Shown here: positions 45,323 to 53,266 of the stretch, piece by piece
How the letters are laid out: every line of letters starts with the position of its first letter
Numbering within the stretch: the first letter of the stretch is position 1
DNA from: Anaerolineales bacterium
GTDB taxonomy: Bacteria; Chloroflexota; Anaerolineae; Anaerolineales; Villigracilaceae
Length of the DNA stretch: 64,000 nucleotides
Assembly: GCA_034436515.1 (NCBI GenBank)
Contig: DAOTVL010000005.1
Location: 18,500 to 82,499, forward strand
Direction: 5' to 3'
Notes under the pieces: model-generated
What the model saw: only the letters and a program-made list of their open reading frames with translations
Database searches by the model: none
What the model was told of the DNA's origin: nothing
Made by a program: the position numbers and the translations under genes

Positions 45323-47290
45323 ATGATTAATTCAAAAAACAATAAACCAACCACCATTATCGAACGCGCGGCGAATTACAAACCGCGCCGCAATTTATCT
45401 TCCTTTCTCATTGGGCGTCCGCTTTCGACAGCGGACGCGCCGCATGAGACCATCGGCAAGGCGGTCGGGCTGGCTGTATTCGCATCCGACGCTTTATCGT
45501 CGAACGCCTACGCCACGCAGGAAATCATGGTGGTTTTGGCGGCGGCGGGAACCATCGCATTCGGGTATGTCTTCCCGATTTCCATCGCAATTGTGGTATT
45601 GTTGACCATCGTCGCCGTTTCTTATATTCAGGTCATCCACGCCTATCCGGATGGAGGCGGCGCGTATGTGGTCGCCCGCGACAATCTTGGCGAATTGGCG
45701 GGTTTAACGGCGGCGGCAGCCCTCCTGACAGATTACATCCTGACCGTTTCGGTGTCCATTTCTTCCGGGGTGGCGCAGATTGTTTCCGCCTACCCGGAAC
45801 TATACGAGTATCGCGTGGCGCTTTCGGTGGCGGCGGTCGCGCTGATTATGCTTATCAACCTGCGGGGCGTGCGCGAGTCGGGAGCCGCCATTGCCGTGCC
45901 GAGCATGTCTTTTGTCGTCATCATGTTTATTACGGTCGGCGCCGGCATGTTCAAGTACCTGAGCGGGAGTCTCGGCGCGGTGGCGGACCCTCCCGAAATT
46001 CTCATGCACGGCGCGGCGACGGTAGTCACCCCCTTTCTCATCCTTCACGCCTTCTCCAGCGGCACGGCGGCGTTGACCGGTATCGAAGCCATTTCCAACG
46101 GCATTACGGCGTTCAAGGAACCGCGCAGCAAGAACGCCGCAATTACGTTGAGCTGGATGGCGTTCATTCTGGCGAGCCTGTTTCTTGGCATTTCCTTTCT
46201 CGCCAGCCGCGTGGGCGCGGTGCCTTCCGAGTTTGAGACCGTCATTTCGCAGCTTGGAAGAACCGTCTTTGACCGCGACGGTTTCATGTATTACGCCGTC
46301 ATCCTCGCCACGACGGTCATTCTCATTCTCGCGGCAAACACCGCCTTTGCCGGTTTTCCCCGCCTAAGCGCTCTGATGGCGATGGACGGCTTTCTCCCCC
46401 GTCAATTGACCTATCGCGGAAGCCGTCTGGTCTATTCGCGCGGAATCGTGGCGCTGGCGATTCTCTCTTCCCTTTTGATTGTTTTTTTCCAGGCGAGCGT
46501 TACCCGTCTCATCCCTCTTTACGCCATCGGCGTTTTTCTGTCTTTCACCCTTGCCCAATTTGGCATGGCGCTGCGCTGGAGGCGCAGCGGGAGGATTCAC
46601 CCCGAAACGCGAGACGAGGGTTCGCAGCGCATTTCGTCCCTGCGCTACGACCCGCTCTGGCGCTTGAAAATGGCGGCGAACGGTTTTGGCGCGTTCTGCA
46701 CCGGCGTGGTCATGTTTGTCTTTGCGATTACCAAATTCAAGGACGGGGCTTACGTTGTGCTGATTCTGATACCCCTGCTGATTGCCGCTTTGTGGACCAT
46801 TCACATTCATTATCGAAATCTTGCCCGTAATCTTTCCCTCGATAATTTTGGCGTTATTCCTCATCACACCACCCGCCATCGCGTCATCATGCCGGTCAGC
46901 GGCGTGCATCAAGGCACGCTTGCCGCCTTGCGTTACGCTCGTATGTTGTCCGACGACGTGACCGCCGTGCATGTGGTCATTGAGCCTGCCGACGCTGAAA
47001 AAGTGCGCGCCAAGTGGGAAACCTGGGGCGGCGGCGTGCGAATGGTGCTGCTGGATTCTCCCTACCGCCTGTTTATTGAGCCTATCCTGGCTTACATTTC
47101 CGATGTTGCCGAAGCGCGCCAACCGGGCGAAATCATTACGGTAGTGGTGCCGGAGTTCGTCTCCGATAATCCGTTGTCGGGCGCTCTTCACATGAATACC
47201 GCCAATATCCTGCGCGAACAATTAAAGAGCAAACACGGCGTCGTCATTACCGACGTGCCGTATCAGGTGCATGAAAGAAATATGAATTAA
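45323..47290 (+). CDS. APC-superfamily permease with C-terminal cytoplasmic (USP-like) domain
   Basis: About 12 TM helices. The N-terminal motif is GKAVGLAVFASDALSSNAYATQEI. It is followed by two TrkA genes. Confidence 0.8.
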   Translation: MINSKNNKPTTIIERAANYKPRRNLSSFLIGRPLSTADAPHETIGKAVGLAVFASDALSSNAYATQEIMVVLAAAGTIAFGYVFPISIAIVVLLTIVAVSYIQVIHAYPDGGGAYVVARDNLGELAGLTAAAALLTDYILTVSVSISSGVAQIVSAYPELYEYRVALSVAAVALIMLINLRGVRESGAAIAVPSMSFVVIMFITVGAGMFKYLSGSLGAVADPPEILMHGAATVVTPFLILHAFSSGTAALTGIEAISNGITAFKEPRSKNAAITLSWMAFILASLFLGISFLASRVGAVPSEFETVISQLGRTVFDRDGFMYYAVILATTVILILAANTAFAGFPRLSALMAMDGFLPRQLTYRGSRLVYSRGIVALAILSSLLIVFFQASVTRLIPLYAIGVFLSFTLAQFGMALRWRRSGRIHPETRDEGSQRISSLRYDPLWRLKMAANGFGAFCTGVVMFVFAITKFKDGAYVVLILIPLLIAALWTIHIHYRNLARNLSLDNFGVIPHHTTRHRVIMPVSGVHQGTLAALRYARMLSDDVTAVHVVIEPADAEKVRAKWETWGGGVRMVLLDSPYRLFIEPILAYISDVAEARQPGEIITVVVPEFVSDNPLSGALHMNTANILREQLKSKHGVVITDVPYQVHERNMN

Positions 47291-47299
47291 GGAGAGAAA

Positions 47300-47983
47300 A
47301 TGAAATTCATTGTTATTGGGTGCGGACGAGTCGGCGCTCAACTTGCCTACCGCCTTTACCGACAAAAATACAAGGTCGTTGTGGTGGACAGCAACCGAAA
47401 CTCTTTCAACCGCCTGCCGGCCGACTTTCATGGGCGCACTGTGGAAGGCGAAGCGCTTGCCGCCGACACCTTTACCCGCGCCGGGGTTGCGACGGCGGAA
47501 GGAGTGGCTGTGGTGACCAATTCCGACACCATGAACGCGGTTATTGGCCACGCCATCCGCTCTCATTACCCTGAGGTCAAACGCGTTCTTGTCCGCAATT
47601 ACGACCCCGCCATGCGCGAGATGCTTGAAGCCTTTGGGCTTCAGGTTGTCAGCTCCACCGCTTGGGGGGCGGAGCGCCTGCAAGAACTTCTGATAGACGC
47701 TTCTTTTCGCGCCGTTTTCTCCGCCGGCAACGGCGAAGTGGAAGTTTATGAAATGCACGTTCCCAGCGCTTGGAGCGGAGCCCCGCTTTCCTCTTTGCTC
47801 GAAAACTGCTCCAACACCATCGTCGTCGCGGCGTTGACCCGCGCTGGGCGCGCCCAACTTCCCGCGCTTGATACGAAACTTGAAGGCGGCGATATTCTCA
47901 CCGTGAGCGCAACCCTGGAAGGCGTCACCGCTCTGAACGCCCGCCTGAACGCCCGCCTGAACGCCCGAAAGGAGGCTGCTTAA
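47300..47983 (+). CDS. TrkA-family (RCK) potassium transport regulatory protein
   Basis: Rossmann motif is IVIGCGRVGAQLA, followed by a C-terminal TrkA-C domain. Confidence 0.8.
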   Translation: MKFIVIGCGRVGAQLAYRLYRQKYKVVVVDSNRNSFNRLPADFHGRTVEGEALAADTFTRAGVATAEGVAVVTNSDTMNAVIGHAIRSHYPEVKRVLVRNYDPAMREMLEAFGLQVVSSTAWGAERLQELLIDASFRAVFSAGNGEVEVYEMHVPSAWSGAPLSSLLENCSNTIVVAALTRAGRAQLPALDTKLEGGDILTVSATLEGVTALNARLNARLNARKEAA

Positions 47984-47984
47984 T

Positions 47985-48668
47985 ATGTTTGTATTTATCG
48001 CGGGCGGCGGGAGAACCGGCGCCCAACTCGCAATGCAATTAATCGAGCAGGGACATCAAATTCGCATGATGGAGCATCGCCGCGAGCTGCTCACGCTTCT
48101 TCACCGCGAACTGCCCACTGAAGTCATTTACGAGGGCAACGCCACCGACCCTGCCGCCTTGAAAGCCGCCGGCTTGGACAAGGCAAACGTCCTTGTGACC
48201 GCCGGCAGCGACGATGCCGCCAACCTGGTGACCTGTTATCTGGGACGCACCCTTTTCAACGTCCGCCGCATTATCGCCCGCATCAACAACCCTCTCAACG
48301 CCTGGCTCTTCGACCATCGTTTTCATGTGGACGAGACCATCAACCAGGCGGATGTGATGGCGCACCTCATTCAGGAGGAAATGTCTCTCGGCGACATGAT
48401 GACTCTCCTTAAATTACGGCGCGGACGCTATTCTCTCGTCGAGGAAAAAGTGCCGCCTGGCGCGAAAGCGATTGGCGTGCCAATCAAGGATTTGGGATTG
48501 CCCGACACCTGCGTCATTGCGGGAATCATCCGTCGCGGGCAAATCACCCTGCCGCGCGGCGCCAGCGCCTTTGAAGAAGGAGACGAAGTGCTGGCAGTGA
48601 CGGACGACGAAGGCGCCGCCGAACTCGCCAGACTCTTGGAACCTCCCGTAAGACCGGTGAAACTATGA
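47985..48668 (+). CDS. TrkA-family (RCK) potassium transport regulatory protein
   Basis: Rossmann motif is FIAGGGRTGAQLA, followed by a TrkA-C domain. Its RBS aaggagg lies in the last codons of the upstream gene. Confidence 0.8.
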   Translation: MFVFIAGGGRTGAQLAMQLIEQGHQIRMMEHRRELLTLLHRELPTEVIYEGNATDPAALKAAGLDKANVLVTAGSDDAANLVTCYLGRTLFNVRRIIARINNPLNAWLFDHRFHVDETINQADVMAHLIQEEMSLGDMMTLLKLRRGRYSLVEEKVPPGAKAIGVPIKDLGLPDTCVIAGIIRRGQITLPRGASAFEEGDEVLAVTDDEGAAELARLLEPPVRPVKL

Positions 48669-48679
48669 AATAACAAACC

Positions 48680-48714
48680 GACCCTAAAGGCTGTCAAACC
48701 TTTAGGGTCTTTTG
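48680..48714 (+). terminator. Intrinsic terminator after the trkA pair
   Basis: 11-bp perfect stem GACCCTAAAGG / CCTTTAGGGTC, 8-nt loop, then TTTT. Confidence 0.7.
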
Positions 48715-48718
48715 AAAT

Positions 48719-50275
48719 ATGAAAATATCCGTGAACCGCAGCCTCGATTGGGGCGCTCTTCTGCTTTTTACCGCCCTGCTTTTCGGCGCCGTCGTGCGTT
48801 TTGTCCCAGCCGCCTCCAGCGGGTTTCCGCTCAACGACGGGGGAATGTTCTACGTCATGGCGCGCGATTTGGCGGCAAATCATTTCCTTCCGCCGCATTT
48901 CACTTCATATAATCTGGCGCATATTCCTTTCGCTTATCCGCCGCTGGGTCTTTACGCCGCCGCTTTCCTTTCTTTCCTTTTGCCCATTTCGGAGTTGCAG
49001 GTTTTTCTCTGGCTTCCTCCTTTTGTCAACGTCCTTGCCGTTTTTTTCTTCTTCAAACTTGCCGAACAGTTTCTTCCTTCACGGACAGCCGCCGGGCTGG
49101 CGGCTCTTGCGTATGCGCTTTCCTCTCGCGCTTTTCTTTGGCAGGTAATGGGCGGGGGAGTTACCCGCGCCTTCGGCATGTTATTTCTGATTCTCATGTT
49201 GTGGCAGGCGGCGCGGCTATTCAAAGAATATTCGCCCAGACGGCTTTTTCTGACCGCCCTTTTTGGCGCGCTCACCGTACTCAGCCATCCACAGACGGCT
49301 CTTCACGCCGCATTGGGCGGTTTGACGCTCTTCCTTTTCTACGGACGCAGTCCACGCGGACTTGCTTCCGCCCTGGGCGTCGCTTTGGGCGTCTTCCTGT
49401 TGACCTCCCCGTGGTGGATGACCGTTTTGCTGCGACATGGTTTCGAGCCTCTGCTGTCGGCGGGGCAGACCAGCCGCCGCACCCTGGAGTTCTATCTGAT
49501 TGTCCTGCAATTGCACAGCCCAGCCAATTACCTCGCCCTGCCGTTCCTGATTTCTTTTTATGTGGGGCTTTGGCTTTCTTTGAAACAGCGAAATTTTTTC
49601 TACATCGTCTGGATTTTGCTTACCTACCTGACGGATACCCGCGGCGGCGACGGCGTTGCCCTGTTGGCGGAATCGCTGCTGGCAGGGAACGGGCTGCTTC
49701 AACTTGCCGCGTGGGTTGCCCGCTCAGACGGCGCGCAGCCTGCGGCGGCGATGGCAAAACCAGCCGCTCAAATCCTGGTCTTTGGCTGCGGTTTTTACTT
49801 TCTGCTTGCCGCCAGCGTCGCCGACTTTCAACTGGTCAACACCAGCTTGAAGCCCGCCGACCTTGAGACGATTGCATGGGTCAACGCCAATGTGGAAGAC
49901 GGGCAAACCTTTTTGCTTTCCACAGGGCGGGAATTTTCCATGTCCGACCCGATGCAGGAATGGTTTCCCGCGCTGACGAGGCAGCGCAGTCTCACCACTT
50001 TACAAGGCTTGGAATGGAATCTCGCCGAAAAATTTTTCCCCTGGTACGAACAACTGGCGGCGTTTCAACGCTGCGCCGATTTGGATTGCGTGGTCGCGTG
50101 GCGCGCCGCCAACGGCGTCGAATACGACTACTGGCTTTTGACCGTCCCCTCCGAAGAGGATAAAACCGAATTCGCCGGCTACCTTCGCAGTCTTGCCCTC
50201 TCTGCGCGCGCGTCCGGCGAGCATACGCTGGTCTTTGAATCTCAAAGCGCGCTCATCTTTAAAAAGACGAGGTGA
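48719..50275 (+). CDS. Polytopic membrane protein, GT-C-fold glycosyltransferase candidate
   Basis: 518 aa. The first extracytoplasmic loop carries FPLNDGGMFY. There are about 11 TM helices and a C-terminal soluble domain. Function is inferred. Confidence 0.55.
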   Translation: MKISVNRSLDWGALLLFTALLFGAVVRFVPAASSGFPLNDGGMFYVMARDLAANHFLPPHFTSYNLAHIPFAYPPLGLYAAAFLSFLLPISELQVFLWLPPFVNVLAVFFFFKLAEQFLPSRTAAGLAALAYALSSRAFLWQVMGGGVTRAFGMLFLILMLWQAARLFKEYSPRRLFLTALFGALTVLSHPQTALHAALGGLTLFLFYGRSPRGLASALGVALGVFLLTSPWWMTVLLRHGFEPLLSAGQTSRRTLEFYLIVLQLHSPANYLALPFLISFYVGLWLSLKQRNFFYIVWILLTYLTDTRGGDGVALLAESLLAGNGLLQLAAWVARSDGAQPAAAMAKPAAQILVFGCGFYFLLAASVADFQLVNTSLKPADLETIAWVNANVEDGQTFLLSTGREFSMSDPMQEWFPALTRQRSLTTLQGLEWNLAEKFFPWYEQLAAFQRCADLDCVVAWRAANGVEYDYWLLTVPSEEDKTEFAGYLRSLALSARASGEHTLVFESQSALIFKKTR

Positions 50276-50276
50276 A

Positions 50277-52592
50277 ATGACAACCGAAATCGTTCCCCAA
50301 GTTCAGAACCGTTCCAGCGGCGCGGCGTGGGCTTTCGTTCTGCTCTTCTTTCCCATGCCCTTATGTCTGTTGATGTACCACTTTGTCTTATGGACGATGG
50401 AACAAAGCGCCGTCATTTCATTGAACGCGAAACAAATGGAATGGTCGGGATTAATCGGGCTGGCGCTACAAGCCGTCTTGATGTCCGCCTTCACCGGCGC
50501 GCTTTGGCGTTTTACAAAAGACGAGCGTTTCAAGCCCATTTACGAGGGGCTGTTCATCGCTTCGCTGATGGGGTTTCCCGCCCTGACTTTTCGGCTGCTT
50601 GGACCCAACAACGACCAGTTGGGTTCGATTTTGCAGTTTGTCCTCGCCCTGACCGCCGCCTTCCTTGTCGTCTGGCTTCGCAAGGGCGAACTCGTCTGGG
50701 ACGCCAAATCCCTGCCCTTTGGATTGACCGTGGCGGGCGCCGGCTTCATCCCGTTTGCGCTTTACGGCTCGCTTGGCTCCGCAGGCGACGCGGCGCTCAG
50801 TCTGTTTGCCAGCCTTGCCTTTGGTCTCCTCGCCGCCCTCTTGACGAAAGACTCCGCCGAAAACCGTTTTTTCAATGGGGTGGGCGTTGGCGCAGTCCTC
50901 GCCCTGCTTGGCTCGGCGTTTGGCTATGACGGCGGGCAGTTGGTTTTGCTGGCAGCCCTGCCTCCCTTCGCTTTTGCCGTCTCCGCCCTCATGCCGTCGA
51001 GGGCTGCGGTTTGGGCAGCCGCATCCCTGCTGACTTTCGCCGCGCTGGCGGCGTTTGACCCCACCGAGTTCACCTTTGTCCTCGGCGACATTGGCTTGAT
51101 TGCGCTCCAAACCTGCGCCATTGCCGTCGGCGTTGGCTGGGGAGTCAGCCTCCTCGCGTGGCTTCTGCGCGCCGCAACCGCATCCTTCGCTTTGGAAAAG
51201 TTGAAAGTCGTTGGCTGGGCTGCCGCAGTTGCGGTTTGGCTTTCAGTCTTCGTTGTCTTCTTTGCTTTTGGCAGCCCTGGAGACTACGGCGACCGTCTTT
51301 TTATCGTCATGAAAGACCAACTCGACATCTCGGACCTGGCGAAGGTCGAAGACCGCAATCAACGTTTGACCGCCGCCTATCAAAGATTGACCGCTCATGC
51401 AGACGCCACGCAGGCGGATTTGCGAAACTTCTTTGACAAAGTTGGCGTCGAGTACACCCCATACTATCTGGAAAACGCAATGGAGACGCGCGGCGGAATT
51501 TTGCTTCGCCTCTATCTTTTGACTCGCCCCGAAGTGGAGCGCGTTTTACCCAGCCCCAGGCTGCGCGCCGCTCCCGAAGATTCTCCCTCTTCCGGATATT
51601 TGTCCGACGTCGAAGACGGCGTTCAGTGGAATATCTCAATGATTGGCGCGGACAAGGTTTGGGAAGAATTTGGCGTTCGCGGCGAAGGAATTGTAATTGG
51701 GCAGTCTGATTCGGGCGTGGATGGAAATCATCCCGCGCTTGCCATGCAATATCGCGGCTACGGCGCGAGCGACGACTATAACTGGTTCGACCCCTGGGAC
51801 GGCTCTGCTTCGCCCAACGATGAAAATGGACATGGCACGCACACCCTCGGCATAGCCCTGGGGGCGGGCGGAATCGGCGTCGCCCCCCAGGCGCAGTGGA
51901 TTGGCTGCGTCAACCTTGACCGCAACCTCGGCAACCCCGCCCTCTACCTTGATTGTATGCAGTTCATGCTTGCGCCCTTCCCGCAGGGAGGCGACCCCTT
52001 CAAAGACGGCGACCCGACCAAAGCCGCTCACGTTTTGAATAATTCGTGGGGATGTCCTGAAATTGAAGGCTGCGACCCCGATTCGCTGCTGCCCGCCGCC
52101 GATAACTTGCGCCATGCGGGAATCTTCGTCGTCGTCTCGGCGGGAAACGACGGTCCCAATTGTGAGACGGTCGCCTCTCCGCCTTCGTTATATGATTCGG
52201 TTTTCTCCGTGGGCGCAATTGACCAATTTGGAAACATGGCGGATTTCAGCAGCCGCGGACCTGTAACCGCAGACGGTTCTGGCAGAATCAAGCCGGACAT
52301 CGTCGCCCCCGGGGTGGAAATTCTTTCGTCTCTGCCGGAAGGAACTTACGGCGCAAACAGCGGCACCTCGATGGCGGGTCCGCACCTGGCTGGCGTAGTG
52401 GCGCTGCTTTGGTCAGCCCAGCCTGATTTAATCGGCGACATCGAAGCCACCGAGCAGATTATCGTCGAAACCGCCCGTCCCTACGAGGGCGATATGACAA
52501 TCGGGTGTTTCAGCGGCGGCTTGCCCAGCAACGCTTACGGTTACGGCGTGGTAGACGTGTACGCCGCAGTTAAAAAGGCGCTAGGGAAATAA
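50277..52592 (+). CDS. S8 (subtilisin) family serine peptidase fused to a roughly 330-aa polytopic membrane N-domain
   Basis: ATG 50277 lies 1 nt after TGA 50273-50275. About 10 TM helices are followed by a propeptide-like segment. Catalytic motifs are SDSGVD, HGTHT and GTSMAGPH. Confidence 0.8.
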   Translation: MTTEIVPQVQNRSSGAAWAFVLLFFPMPLCLLMYHFVLWTMEQSAVISLNAKQMEWSGLIGLALQAVLMSAFTGALWRFTKDERFKPIYEGLFIASLMGFPALTFRLLGPNNDQLGSILQFVLALTAAFLVVWLRKGELVWDAKSLPFGLTVAGAGFIPFALYGSLGSAGDAALSLFASLAFGLLAALLTKDSAENRFFNGVGVGAVLALLGSAFGYDGGQLVLLAALPPFAFAVSALMPSRAAVWAAASLLTFAALAAFDPTEFTFVLGDIGLIALQTCAIAVGVGWGVSLLAWLLRAATASFALEKLKVVGWAAAVAVWLSVFVVFFAFGSPGDYGDRLFIVMKDQLDISDLAKVEDRNQRLTAAYQRLTAHADATQADLRNFFDKVGVEYTPYYLENAMETRGGILLRLYLLTRPEVERVLPSPRLRAAPEDSPSSGYLSDVEDGVQWNISMIGADKVWEEFGVRGEGIVIGQSDSGVDGNHPALAMQYRGYGASDDYNWFDPWDGSASPNDENGHGTHTLGIALGAGGIGVAPQAQWIGCVNLDRNLGNPALYLDCMQFMLAPFPQGGDPFKDGDPTKAAHVLNNSWGCPEIEGCDPDSLLPAADNLRHAGIFVVVSAGNDGPNCETVASPPSLYDSVFSVGAIDQFGNMADFSSRGPVTADGSGRIKPDIVAPGVEILSSLPEGTYGANSGTSMAGPHLAGVVALLWSAQPDLIGDIEATEQIIVETARPYEGDMTIGCFSGGLPSNAYGYGVVDVYAAVKKALGK

Positions 52593-53204
52593 ATGTGGCT
52601 TTACCTATTTCAAGGCGCGGGCTATGGACTTGCCGCGGCGTCCCAGCCGGGACCTTTTCAAGCCTATCTCATTTCGCAGGCGATTGCCCGCGGCTGGAAA
52701 CGCGCCCTGCCGGTTGCGCTTGCCCCCCTTGTCAGCGACGCTCCCATCATTGCCGTCTGCCTGCTGGCGTTGAGCCGGATGCCCATCTGGCTGGAGCGGT
52801 TTCTCTACCTTGCGGGCGGTTTATTCGTTTTGCGCCTTGCTCACGGCGCGTTCAAAGCGTGGAGGAATTTTGAGGCGTTTTCCCAGCCTGCCGTGGAGAC
52901 CAACCGCGAACAAAGCGTCCTCAAAGCCGCGCTGACGAATATTCTCAACCCTAATCCCTATATTTTTTGGATTCTGGTCACGGGCCCGATTTTGCTGAAA
53001 GGCTGGCGCGAGACTCCGCTCAACGGGGTCGGTTTCATCGCCGGATTCTATCTTGCGATGACGACCTGCCTGGCGGGAATCGTCATGGTCTTTGGGGCGG
53101 CGTCCAAATTTGGGGCGGGGTTCAACCGCCTTTTGCTGGGCGTTTCTGCGCTTGCCCTGCTGGGCTTTGGCTTATATCAAATCTGGCTTGGAGCGGCGGG
53201 GTAA
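52593..53204 (+). CDS. LysE family amino-acid exporter
   Basis: 203 aa with 5-6 TM helices. The N-terminal pattern GaGYGLAAAsqPGPfqAYLIsQ is typical. The ATG abuts the upstream stop. Confidence 0.8.
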   Translation: MWLYLFQGAGYGLAAASQPGPFQAYLISQAIARGWKRALPVALAPLVSDAPIIAVCLLALSRMPIWLERFLYLAGGLFVLRLAHGAFKAWRNFEAFSQPAVETNREQSVLKAALTNILNPNPYIFWILVTGPILLKGWRETPLNGVGFIAGFYLAMTTCLAGIVMVFGAASKFGAGFNRLLLGVSALALLGFGLYQIWLGAAG

Positions 53205-53216
53205 CGCTGGCGAATC

Positions 53217-53252
53217 AAAAAGAAGGCGCGCTTTTCAACGCGCCTTCTTTTT
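53217..53252. terminator. Bidirectional intrinsic terminator
   Basis: AAAAAGAAGGCGCG-cttttcaa-CGCGCCTTCTTTTT lies between the convergent LysE and cytochrome genes. Confidence 0.8.
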
Positions 53253-53266
53253 ATACGAAGCGTCCT

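Noticed and set aside
46364-47221. 285-aa minus-strand ORF opposite the APC permease C-terminal domain
   Set aside because: Its composition is His/Arg/Gln-rich with no motifs, and it is wholly inside a well-supported plus-strand gene.
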